Positions 1 to 8,339 of a stretch of 32,000 nucleotides of DNA are shown here, piece by piece; position 1 is the first letter of the stretch, and each line of letters opens with the position of its first letter. A program made the position numbers and the translations under genes. Below the pieces are notes generated by a model. The model saw only the letters and a program-made list of their open reading frames with translations, was not told where the DNA came from and made no database searches. The stretch is from Candidatus Scalindua sp. (GTDB taxonomy: Bacteria > Planctomycetota > Brocadiia > Brocadiales > Scalinduaceae), in NCBI GenBank assembly GCA_031316235.1, contig JALDRA010000001.1, positions 300,001-332,000 on the forward strand, in the 5' to 3' direction.

Positions 1-1
1 C

Positions 2-1438
2 ATGAATAAAGACAACATATTGCGCTATATAGGGATAATCTGTATTTCTCTGGTATTCAAAGGCTGTGCACCTGCGTTGTTACAGAAAACAGAAAACAAC
101 AGCGTTCCTGAAAGTTATCATGATGTGCAGGAGACAACCAATACGGCACAGATCAGTTTGGAGGAATTTTTCACCGATACCAATCTTATAACTCTGGTTG
201 ATATCGCGCTGCAAAACAACCAGGAACTGAATATCACACTGCAGGAAATTATCATTGCTGGAAATGAAGTTCGAGCCAGAAGAGGGGAGTATCTGCCTTT
301 TGTAAATCTTAAGGCAGGAGCCGGAACTGAAAAGGTGGGCGAGTTTACCAGGAGTGGGGCTGTTGAAAAAAATCTTGACATTAAACCCGGTGAGGAGTTC
401 CCTGAAACACTGCAGGATTATCTGATATCCGCCAATGTTTCATGGGAAGTTGATATATGGAAAAAGTTGCGGAATGCCAAAAAAGCAGCGGCATTGAAGT
501 ATCTGTCCACAATTGAAGGGAAAAATTTCATGGTAACTAAGCTGGTTGCCGAAATAGCCAGTTCTTATTACGAACTGATGTCGTTCGATAACCTGCTGGA
601 AGCAATAAAAAAGTATATTGAAATCCAAAAAAATGCCCTGGAAATCGTAAAGTTACAGAAACAAGCAGCTAAAGCCACCGAACTGGCAGTGCGTAAGTTT
701 GAAGCAGAGGTGCTCAAAAACCAAAGTTATCAGTACACTATTGAACAAAAGATCACGATAACGGAAAACAGGATCAACTTCCTGGTCGGTAGATTTCCTC
801 AGCATGTTCAGCGAAACTCTCAGGGATATAATGATTTGGTGCCTGACACGATCCATGCCGGTCTACCATCACAATTATTGACCAACCGTCCTGACATTAA
901 ACAAGCCGAACTGGAGCTGGCAGCAGCAAAGCTGGATGTGAAGGTCGCGAGAGCAAGGTTTTATCCTTCGTTAGGCATAACTGCAGGCGTAGGTTATCAG
1001 GCATTTGAGCCGAAGTATTTAATAAGACCAGAATCCATGCTGTATAATTTGGCCGGAGATTTGGCGGTACCCCTGATCAACAGAAACGCACTAAAGGCAG
1101 CCTACTGCAATGCAAACGCAAAGCAGATACAAGCTGTTTACAATTACGAACGTACCATTCTGAACGCTTACATTGAAGTTGTCAATAAACTGTCAAATAT
1201 CAGTAACCTGAAAAAGACTTATGACCTGAAGGCAAAGGAGGTGGAGGCGCTTACCCAGTCGATTACTCTTGCAGATAAGCTGTTCAAATCGGCCAGGGCC
1301 GATTATCTGGAAGTGTTAATGACCCAACGTGATGCGCTGCAAGCGAAAATGGAATTGATTGAAACGAAAGTACTGCAAATGAACGCAATGATTAGTATTT
1401 ACCAGGCGCTGGGTGGGGGATGGAAGTCAATTATGTGA
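2..1438 (+). CDS. RND-type efflux outer-membrane factor lipoprotein, NodT/TolC family
   Basis: Complete 478-aa ORF. N-terminal signal peptide ends in lipobox LVFKGC. Long two-repeat alpha-helical OEP-like layout, and a C-terminal ...SIYQALGGGW typical of NodT-family outer membrane factors. Confidence 0.85.
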   Translation: MNKDNILRYIGIICISLVFKGCAPALLQKTENNSVPESYHDVQETTNTAQISLEEFFTDTNLITLVDIALQNNQELNITLQEIIIAGNEVRARRGEYLPFVNLKAGAGTEKVGEFTRSGAVEKNLDIKPGEEFPETLQDYLISANVSWEVDIWKKLRNAKKAAALKYLSTIEGKNFMVTKLVAEIASSYYELMSFDNLLEAIKKYIEIQKNALEIVKLQKQAAKATELAVRKFEAEVLKNQSYQYTIEQKITITENRINFLVGRFPQHVQRNSQGYNDLVPDTIHAGLPSQLLTNRPDIKQAELELAAAKLDVKVARARFYPSLGITAGVGYQAFEPKYLIRPESMLYNLAGDLAVPLINRNALKAAYCNANAKQIQAVYNYERTILNAYIEVVNKLSNISNLKKTYDLKAKEVEALTQSITLADKLFKSARADYLEVLMTQRDALQAKMELIETKVLQMNAMISIYQALGGGWKSIM

Positions 1439-1544
1439 AATACTAACTACACTATCTCAAGGATACTATCTTTGGATAAAAGTGTACAATTACAATATTT
1501 TTTTGCCGTACAAATTTAAAAATCGCTTAATTGGGGTTTTGGTA

Positions 1545-2663
1545 TCAAGCTGAATCCGTGAGATCAGGAAGTCTGAACCTGGTATTCTCTCCCGCTCCAA
1601 CCTCACGCCACACCTCATGAGACTCCATACATAATGATATCTTGTCATCGTTGAGCTTCTGCCGAATAAGATTCCATAGCTTCCGGTATATTTCGACCCT
1701 AAGAGGTCTAAAATAGCGATATTTGCCGTCAACGCATGGCACAAATTCCCCTAACAGGATATCTGTGTCTGGATTTCTCTCCCTTATTACGTTAGAAAGA
1801 GACGGGAGAAACCTGAAACCTCCGAGACTGACAAACTTGATCCTTTTATGGTCGAGTCTGCTGAAGAGCCTGGTAATCATTATATCATATTTCTTAAACC
1901 ATCCATCGCATCGTATTATGGGGTCCAGGCAGAGACCAATGAAATATCCAGCTTCCTGCACCTTTGCCGCTGCATCTATTCGTTCCTCTATCGAGGGTGT
2001 TTTGTGTTCATACAAATCTATCGAAGCCTGCGGGGTAAAGGTCCATGAGACAACAACATTAGCCGTCCCAATTTTTTTTTTAATTGACACATCTAAAAGA
2101 TTTTCAATAATTGTGGTCTTTGTCCTTAGTTCCAACCTCGCCTGAGAAAATTCTGAGAAGAGTAATACGAGCCTGCGGGAAAGACCTGTAAGGTCATCAA
2201 AGCCTAATGCATCACACAATTCGCCAGCATGAAACAGTGTCTTCTTATTTCCCGATGCAAGGATAACGTCTCTGATTTCACGAAGCATCTCATCATGATT
2301 TACAAACACGGTGGGAACAGCATTACCCAGATAACTCTGAAGAAAACAATATTCACAATCAAAGCTGCAATTATTCCCATGTATTATATTGTACTCGGTA
2401 CACCCTCTTATTCCGTCCCTGCACCGGAACTGCTTAACCATCCTGCCTCTCTTCTCAGCAATTGCGAGACACTCCTTACTTTCCCGGAAAATCCCATTAA
2501 CCGTATCACCTATAATGTCTATATTCCGATAGTCGTCTATATATTCAATGGGAACTTCCGGTAATTTGTCCACTATCTGACGGGTTATCGGTAAATCGAC
2601 AACGCATTTTTCAATAAACAGTTTTTTGGGAGATGGAGACTTCATTTTTCTCTCTTTTTTCAT
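1545..2663 (-). CDS. radical SAM protein, spore-photoproduct-lyase (SplB)-like
   Basis: 372-aa ORF with the radical-SAM cluster motif C99-x3-C103-x2-C106 (CSFDCEYC). Size and layout resemble SP-lyase-family radical SAM enzymes. Start at M1 versus M7 is unresolved. Confidence 0.6.
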   Translation of the reverse strand: MKKERKMKSPSPKKLFIEKCVVDLPITRQIVDKLPEVPIEYIDDYRNIDIIGDTVNGIFRESKECLAIAEKRGRMVKQFRCRDGIRGCTEYNIIHGNNCSFDCEYCFLQSYLGNAVPTVFVNHDEMLREIRDVILASGNKKTLFHAGELCDALGFDDLTGLSRRLVLLFSEFSQARLELRTKTTIIENLLDVSIKKKIGTANVVVSWTFTPQASIDLYEHKTPSIEERIDAAAKVQEAGYFIGLCLDPIIRCDGWFKKYDIMITRLFSRLDHKRIKFVSLGGFRFLPSLSNVIRERNPDTDILLGEFVPCVDGKYRYFRPLRVEIYRKLWNLIRQKLNDDKISLCMESHEVWREVGAGENTRFRLPDLTDSA

Positions 2664-2680
2664 GATGAAGTAACAGTATT

Positions 2681-2846
2681 CAGCGTTGTCAGGTTAGGTT
2701 TTTGTGTAGGTGGCTTTTGTCATACCCGAACGTCTTTATCGGGTATCCAGAGACTCGTTTCATCATAGATTCCCGCTAAAAATATGCGGGAATGACAGTT
2801 TTGGGGCAATAAATTAAATACGCAAAAACCTAACCTGACACTACTG
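2681..2846. repeat. nested palindromic element (repeat family 3)
   Basis: Outer inverted repeats cagcgttgtcaggttaggtttttg (2681-2704) and caaaaacctaacctgacactactg (2823-2846), matching at 21 of 24 positions. They enclose two short hairpin units: atacccga-N9-tcgggtat and attcccgc-N9-gcgggaat. Confidence 0.6.
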
Positions 2847-3056
2847 ATTTTTACTGACAGTGACATTTTCAATTCTATGGGTTCTTAAATTGAAAACAGA
2901 AATTCAGAGTATAATTATACTACAAGTTATTTTAAAGAGAAATACCGTATTTTTTTTAAGCGGAAACTTCATACCTGAAGAGATACCGAGAACGGTGTGC
3001 CTGCAACTCTTACAACGGGAGCATTCCCGATTTTTTGTAAAATATAATAAAAGATC

Positions 3057-3085
3057 TTGACTTCCTCGTTGTTTTCAACGATAAT
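3057..3085 (+). promoter_or_regulatory. sigma70-like promoter inside the IS left end
   Basis: TTGACT (3057-3062), a 17-nt spacer, then GATAAT (3080-3085). The -10 box ends 6 nt before the methyltransferase ATG at 3092, which implies a leaderless or near-leaderless mRNA. Confidence 0.45.
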
Positions 3086-3091
3086 TCTTCC

Positions 3092-3757
3092 ATGAATTAT
3101 CCAGGCGGCAAAGGAGGTGTATTCCAAAAGTTAATCAATCTTATGCCACCCCATGATGTCTACATAGAGACTCATTTGGGTGGTGGCGCTGTTATACGGA
3201 ACAAACGACCTGCCAGGAGTAATTTTGGGATAGAAATTGACTCGGAAGTTGTTGAGATGTGGACAAATATGCATCCAATAGGTTTTGAACTGGTCCATGA
3301 TGACGCAATTAATTATCTGAATAATTATCATTTCACAGGAAAAGAACTGGTATATTGTGACCCACCATATCTTCGCGAGACAAGGAAAAAGTATGGACGG
3401 CTATATAAATATGACTATAGCCGTGCGCAGCACATCGAACTTTTGGAAGTTTTGAAAACTCTTCCCTGCATGGTGATGATATCCGGTTACGAGTCAACCT
3501 TATACAAAGAATCATTGCGTAGCTGGCAGACACATTCTTTTCAGGCCGTCTGTCATCATGGCGTAGCAACGGAGTGGTTATGGATGAACTATAGTGTTCC
3601 GGTAGGACTGCACGACTATCGTTATCTTGGCAATAACTTTCGTGAGCGGGAACGGATAAAGAGGAAGACCAAAAGGTGGACAGCGAAACTTAAATCCATG
3701 CCTGTATTAGAACGTCAGGCGTTACTATTCGCCATAGATGTATTCAGGGAGCGATAG
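3092..3757 (+). CDS. Dam-like (D12-class) N6-adenine DNA methyltransferase, orphan
   Basis: 221 aa. Motifs YPGGK (aa 3-7), ETHLGGGAV (FxGxG-like AdoMet loop) and catalytic DPPY (aa 90-93). No adjacent restriction endonuclease ORF. Confidence 0.8.
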   Translation: MNYPGGKGGVFQKLINLMPPHDVYIETHLGGGAVIRNKRPARSNFGIEIDSEVVEMWTNMHPIGFELVHDDAINYLNNYHFTGKELVYCDPPYLRETRKKYGRLYKYDYSRAQHIELLEVLKTLPCMVMISGYESTLYKESLRSWQTHSFQAVCHHGVATEWLWMNYSVPVGLHDYRYLGNNFRERERIKRKTKRWTAKLKSMPVLERQALLFAIDVFRER

Positions 3758-3780
3758 AAGTCTTTTGAAAGGGGGTATTT

Positions 3781-5199
3781 TTGACTTGTGTGGTGAAAAG
3801 AAAGATAGAGTCATCCGATAACTGGAGAGCTTTATTTTATGGTTTTTTAGACACCCGATTGGATAAGATTGAGGAAGAGTACTCAATGGAAGATTTAGGA
3901 GAAATCTCAAAAGCTGTTTTCGAAGAGAGAGCGGAGATATTAGGACAACTGATTCTTGGGTTCATAGAGAGGAAATTTGGACATTTATTGAATCAGCAAA
4001 GCTGCGATTGCCCCGAATGCGGCAAGGGTATGCAAAGACAAGGAAAACAATCCAAGACTATCCAAACCCTTGCCGGACAATTTGAATTAACCAGGCCTTA
4101 TTTTTATTGCAGAGCGTGTCGTTTAGGATACTATCCTTTAGACGAAGCCCTTGGATTGTCTGAATCATCGAAGCAATATGATGTGCAAGATGTGGAAGCC
4201 TGGTTGTCAAGCGAAACGGCCTATGAGACGGCCAGCGAAACCTACGAGAGAATAACCGGAGTAAAGCTGAGTGAACATCATATGCATGAGACCACGAATG
4301 CCATTGGTCAAGAAGTGGGAATTTTGGATGTCTGCCCGCCCAGGGAAGAGATTGATAAGCAGATAGAAAACCTCTCAGTGGATAAGTTTCGTCGTCCCAT
4401 TATGATGCTTGCCCTGGATGGAGCCCACGGGCCGATGCGTCCCGAGCCAAGTCCTCACCCCCGTAAAGGGAAAAGAGGCAAGGGAGAATACAAAGAGATT
4501 AAAGGTTTTAGACTGTATCTCATCGATGGTCAAACTATTATTCATTTAATTAGCTGGCACCAGGTTTGTGCAGATCACGAATTAGCAGAATACTTGGTTA
4601 AGATCAAAGAAGCCGGGCTTATTCCCCACGAGAAGATACGCCTGGGAATTATAGGAGACGGTGCTCCCTGGATCTGGAACCGATGTAAAGAAATATTTCC
4701 CTCGGCAAAAGAGATTCTCGACTATTACCATTGCTCGGAGTATGTCCATGGTGTAGCCAATGCCCATTACGGAAAAGAGACAAGAGAGTCTCTACAGTGG
4801 TGTGAGGCGACTCTGACAAGAATATATTATGGTTACCATGAAGAGGTGCTTGGCGGTCTTGGAAAGATGAAAGCCCGAACTCAAGATATTCAAGATAAAA
4901 TTGACAAGTTTTATACCTATCTCACAAATCATTGTGAAAAGATGGATTACAGTTCCGCCAAGCGTGGAGGATATCACATTGGCAGCGGTGCTATTGAAAG
5001 CGCCAATAAATTCATTAGCCATACAAGGCTTAAACGATCAGGAGCTTGGTGGTATATCCAAAACGCTAATAACATACTCAAGATCAGATGCGCGAAATAT
5101 AACGGTACTTACGATAAAGTTATCGAAAAATACAAAAGGGACGACCAGGAAAGAATTAAAAATAAAAAATTTAAGAGAAGTCTTCGAATTGTTAAATAA
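3781..5199 (+). CDS. DDE transposase, ISKra4-like family
   Basis: 472-aa ORF with a zinc ribbon (CDCPECG...YFYCRACRLGYYPLDEALGL) and candidate DDE contexts MLALDGAHG, IIGDGAPWIW and DYYHCSEYVH. The ORF opens with TTG at 3781. ATG at 3886, preceded by gaggaagag, is an alternative start. Confidence 0.75.
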   Translation: MTCVVKRKIESSDNWRALFYGFLDTRLDKIEEEYSMEDLGEISKAVFEERAEILGQLILGFIERKFGHLLNQQSCDCPECGKGMQRQGKQSKTIQTLAGQFELTRPYFYCRACRLGYYPLDEALGLSESSKQYDVQDVEAWLSSETAYETASETYERITGVKLSEHHMHETTNAIGQEVGILDVCPPREEIDKQIENLSVDKFRRPIMMLALDGAHGPMRPEPSPHPRKGKRGKGEYKEIKGFRLYLIDGQTIIHLISWHQVCADHELAEYLVKIKEAGLIPHEKIRLGIIGDGAPWIWNRCKEIFPSAKEILDYYHCSEYVHGVANAHYGKETRESLQWCEATLTRIYYGYHEEVLGGLGKMKARTQDIQDKIDKFYTYLTNHCEKMDYSSAKRGGYHIGSGAIESANKFISHTRLKRSGAWWYIQNANNILKIRCAKYNGTYDKVIEKYKRDDQERIKNKKFKRSLRIVK

Positions 5200-5473
5200 A
5201 TTTTACAATAAATTGGGAATGCACCCCTTACAACTTACAACCTTTATCTAAAGAAAACCAATCCATACAAAAAAATAAACACTATTTATCTTTAAAAATT
5301 TCTCAATTTAGGTAATAATGTTCGAAAGAGATAACCATCAGGTTTCCGGAATGTGGGAGAAGGCCCTCTCATAATCATCTCCCCGGTAAAGAGGGAAAAT
5401 AGAGTGGTGAAAATTAGAAGTTATCAACCACTTACCGGGGAATTTTGATAACCTTCTCAAGGTATGAACGAAT

Positions 5474-6124
5474 ATGAACCGATTATATCTCGTTGTAAAC
5501 GAAATCTTCAAGAGTATACAGGGTGAATCTTCTTATGCCGGGATCCCGTGCACATTTATTAGATTGACTGGCTGTAACCTCAGGTGCACATATTGTGATA
5601 CCACATACGCTTATGATAAAGGTATCGAAATGTCCCTGGAGACCATAGAAAAAAAAATAGAAGGTTATTGTTGCAAAAATGTGTGTATCACGGGTGGAGA
5701 ACCATTATTGCAGGAAGCTGTTCATGAACTTATCAGGGGACTGCTTCAATTGAAATATAAGGTATTTGTTGAGACAAATGGAAGTGTGAACATCAGTGTA
5801 CTGCCCGGAAACGTCATCAGGGTTATGGATATTAAATGCCCGGACAGCCGTATGCACGGAGAAATGGACTGGAGTAATATAAAAGGACTCAGACCTGATG
5901 ATGACATTAAGTTTGTCATATCATCAAGGGAAGATTATGAATGGGCAAAACAGATCACCCTGGCACATGATTTAACACGGAAATCTAACGTGCTGTTTGG
6001 TGTTGTGTATGGTAGATTGGAGCCAGGAATACTAGCGGAATTAATTTTAAGGGACAAGCTTAATGTACGGTTTCAGCTGCAGCTCCATAAGTATATTTGG
6101 CCAAACAGAGTAAGAGGTGTTTGA
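5474..6124 (+). CDS. queE: 7-carboxy-7-deazaguanine synthase (radical SAM)
   Basis: 216 aa. Motifs CNLRCTYCDT and ITGGEPLL. Immediately followed by queC. Confidence 0.85.
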   Translation: MNRLYLVVNEIFKSIQGESSYAGIPCTFIRLTGCNLRCTYCDTTYAYDKGIEMSLETIEKKIEGYCCKNVCITGGEPLLQEAVHELIRGLLQLKYKVFVETNGSVNISVLPGNVIRVMDIKCPDSRMHGEMDWSNIKGLRPDDDIKFVISSREDYEWAKQITLAHDLTRKSNVLFGVVYGRLEPGILAELILRDKLNVRFQLQLHKYIWPNRVRGV

Positions 6125-6127
6125 TAC

Positions 6128-6844
6128 ATGAAGACAAAAACCCGGTCAACCGGAAAACAACTGGCGATTGTTCTCCTGAGCGGAGGGCTTGACAGCTGTG
6201 TCACCTTAGCAATAGCTGCCAAAGAATATAAAGTCGCCCTGCTTCATATACAATATTCTCAACGAACCCAATCACGGGAATCGCTGGCGTTTCATGAAAT
6301 AGCCGATTATTATCATGTTCCAGAGGATAAGATACTGGTTACAAGATTAGATCATTTAAAAAAAATAGGAGGTTCGAGCCTTACCGACATACACCTCCCA
6401 ATAGATAATGACACGGCTGAATCTGTCGTACCCAATACGTATGTACCTTTCCGGAACACTCTTATGCTCTCAATTGCTGTTTCATGGGCAGAGGTTATTA
6501 AGGCAGAGAAAATATTTATTGGTGCCGTTGAACAAGACAGCCCGAATTATCCCGATTGCAGGAAGGAATACTATGATACCTTTAACAAACTTGTAGAAGT
6601 CGGCACAATGCCTTCAACTCATATCAAAGTTGTCACTCCCCTGATCGGGATGAAAAAATCTGAAATAGTGAAGATGGGTATCGAGCTCAGTGCACCCCTC
6701 CCTCTTACGTGGTCTTGTTACAAAAATAACGATCTGGCATGTGGTAAATGTCAAAGCTGCACACTACGCTTAAGAGCATTTGAGGATGCAGGATATAGAG
6801 ACAAAATCCCTTACCTCGAAGAGAAAAACAGCTGTAATTTCTAA
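6128..6844 (+). CDS. queC: 7-cyano-7-deazaguanine synthase
   Basis: 238 aa. PP-loop LLSGGLDS and a C-terminal zinc cysteine cluster (WSCY...CGKCQSC). Confidence 0.9.
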   Translation: MKTKTRSTGKQLAIVLLSGGLDSCVTLAIAAKEYKVALLHIQYSQRTQSRESLAFHEIADYYHVPEDKILVTRLDHLKKIGGSSLTDIHLPIDNDTAESVVPNTYVPFRNTLMLSIAVSWAEVIKAEKIFIGAVEQDSPNYPDCRKEYYDTFNKLVEVGTMPSTHIKVVTPLIGMKKSEIVKMGIELSAPLPLTWSCYKNNDLACGKCQSCTLRLRAFEDAGYRDKIPYLEEKNSCNF

Positions 6845-7058
6845 TATACGCATCATATAATGGGTACAACAAAATCATTTATAAAAAGTTCAAGGATCAC
6901 TATGCGCTTACAGAAACGCAACTATCGACATGTTGCCCATAATTTGAAAAGCGCTGCTGTCCATCAGCCTCTCTCCGGCTGTAAGTGGGATATTTCCCCG
7001 GCACAGCTGTGAAAAAGAGTTGAAATTCCTACTCACACTCTTCACATTTCTTGTGATT

Positions 7059-7170
7059 TATACTCATCTCATACTGGATTTCGGATAAAATCCGAGATTA
7101 AATTGAGCGAGTATACCTTCACCAAGATTTGGTTTCCGGTAAAACCGGAAACCAAATCGGTTTTAGTATA
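7059..7170 (+). repeat. MITE-like dispersed repeat family 1, full length (112 bp)
   Basis: TATACTCATCTCATACTGGATTTCGGATAAAATCCGAGAT...GGTTTCCGGTAAAACCGGAAACCAAATCGGTTTTAGTATA. Ends 13 nt before the ATG of the small ORF at 7184. Confidence 0.9.
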
Positions 7171-7183
7171 AAAGGAGGTTTTC

Positions 7184-7396
7184 ATGACAAGCGTATCTAT
7201 CTTCAGACCATATCCCTTTCAACTTGGGCAAAAGATCAGGATCGAGGGAACCAGACGCGAAGGTGACTGGGAGGTTGTCAATATAGGGGAAAACAAGGTT
7301 ACCCTTCGCTGTCCAATTTCAAAAAAAGAGTTTATCTGGGATTTGTTCTGTTATTACGTTGAAGAAAAACAGGGTTACCCCTGGCCAGTAACATAA
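7184..7396 (+). CDS. hypothetical small protein (70 aa)
   Basis: Strong SD aaaggagg lies 6 nt upstream of the ATG. No recognisable motif. Confidence 0.45.
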   Translation: MTSVSIFRPYPFQLGQKIRIEGTRREGDWEVVNIGENKVTLRCPISKKEFIWDLFCYYVEEKQGYPWPVT

Positions 7397-7444
7397 AGAA
7401 GCTCACGGAACACTTCAATCTGGTTAGCAGCAGCTGCACAATTT

Positions 7445-8101
7445 TTAAAACCCTTTTGACTCTGTATAATCACCCTTAGACATAATCTTCGATTCCGTCC
7501 CTGAGATGATTCTCTGGATATTTACCCAATGCCTCATAATTATCAACATGGCAACGGCTGCGGATAGAACGGTAAGATATATACCCGTACCAAATGGATC
7601 GTTTTCCAATACAATTATACTACCGGTGATAGCTAAAGAAGCTATCATTGATCCAAGAGAAACATAACGAAAGATTAATACAATCACAATCCAGATACTA
7701 AATGATATAATTGCTGACACCGGTACTAGCCAGATGAAGACCCCAAAACTTGTTGCAACACCCTTTCCTCCTTTAAAACGGAGATACACAGGAAACACAT
7801 GACCAAGTATCGCACATAAGCCACAAAGAATTACTAAAAGGTCTCCGGAGTTGGTCGGAAATTGTAATTTACTGACCCATATCGGAATTACAGAGACTGA
7901 TACAAATCCCTTCAGTAAATCGAGGATAAAAATTATTATCCCATACTTGCGACCAAGTATTCTCCCTACATTTGAAGCCCCTATATTACCGCTCCCATGC
8001 TGACGGATATCAATCCCCTTAGTAATAGCTATGAAATATCCGAATGGAATTCCTCCGATTAAGTAGGATATGGTGAGACCAGAGATATAAGATAAAAGCA
8101 T
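7445..8101 (-). CDS. plsY: glycerol-3-phosphate acyltransferase PlsY
   Basis: 218 aa, polytopic. N-terminal YLIGGIPFGY...DIRQHGSGNIGASNV signature and the HVFPVYLRFKGGKGVAT motif. Confidence 0.9.
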   Translation of the reverse strand: MLLSYISGLTISYLIGGIPFGYFIAITKGIDIRQHGSGNIGASNVGRILGRKYGIIIFILDLLKGFVSVSVIPIWVSKLQFPTNSGDLLVILCGLCAILGHVFPVYLRFKGGKGVATSFGVFIWLVPVSAIISFSIWIVIVLIFRYVSLGSMIASLAITGSIIVLENDPFGTGIYLTVLSAAVAMLIIMRHWVNIQRIISGTESKIMSKGDYTESKGF

Positions 8102-8181
8102 AAGTTTCAGAGTTCCTGCTCTGTGTAAAGAGTATTATTGTATTCGGCCTCTCTCTTGACCACTCAGGACCGATACGTTTA

Positions 8182-8323
8182 TATACTAAAACCGATTTTG
8201 TTTCCGGTTTTACCGGAAACAAAATCCTGGTGAAGGTATCCCCGGACAAAAGGCGCAGCCGAGGACTTAACTCGCTCAATTTTATCTCGGATTTTATCCG
8301 AAATCCAGTATGAGACGAGTATA
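8182..8323 (-). repeat. MITE-like repeat family 1, long subfamily (142 bp, 30-nt internal insertion)
   Basis: Same termini as the other copies, plus the insert ccccggacaaaaggcgcagccgaggactta. Lies between the LPS-kinase stop and the plsY start. Confidence 0.9.
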
Positions 8324-8339
8324 TCATGTATCCAAAGTC

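Larger units (their letters stand above)
3017..5226 (+). mobile_element. insertion sequence (ISKra4-like transposase) carrying a passenger DNA methyltransferase
   Basis: Left end GGGAGCATTCCCGATTTTTTGTAAAA (3017-3042) matches the reverse complement of 5201-5226 (GGGTGCATTCCCAATTTATTGTAAAA) at 23 of 26 positions. A direct 8-bp duplication CTTACAAC lies immediately outside both ends (3009-3016 and 5227-5234). Both ORFs lie inside the ends. Confidence 0.8.

Noticed and set aside
4901-5251. 116-aa plus-strand ORF overlapping the transposase 3' end
   Set aside because: It is an alternative frame of the transposase gene and runs across the IS right terminus and the TSD. It is not a plausible independent gene.
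5290-5473. preQ1-I riboswitch upstream of queE
   Set aside because: I could not find the short P1 stem plus A-rich ...AAAAAACUA-type tail or pseudoknot by eye. I kept it only as a generic structured leader, listed as a low-interest finding that needs cmscan.
5474-6844. queE-queC as part of a 7-deazaguanine DNA-modification or QatABCD-type defence system
   Set aside because: They form the canonical adjacent queE-queC biosynthetic pair. No DpdA/TGT-like gene, QatA/B/D gene or helicase lies nearby. The adjacent methyltransferase belongs to an independently inserted IS.
8019-8327. 102-aa ORF, together with the similar ORFs at 25840-26124, 20506-20709 and 20566-20820 that share peptides such as YSSHTGFRIKSEI
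   Set aside because: They are read through the dispersed repeat. The shared peptide is just the repeat translated. They lie in intergenic spacers with no RBS and have no independent coding signal.
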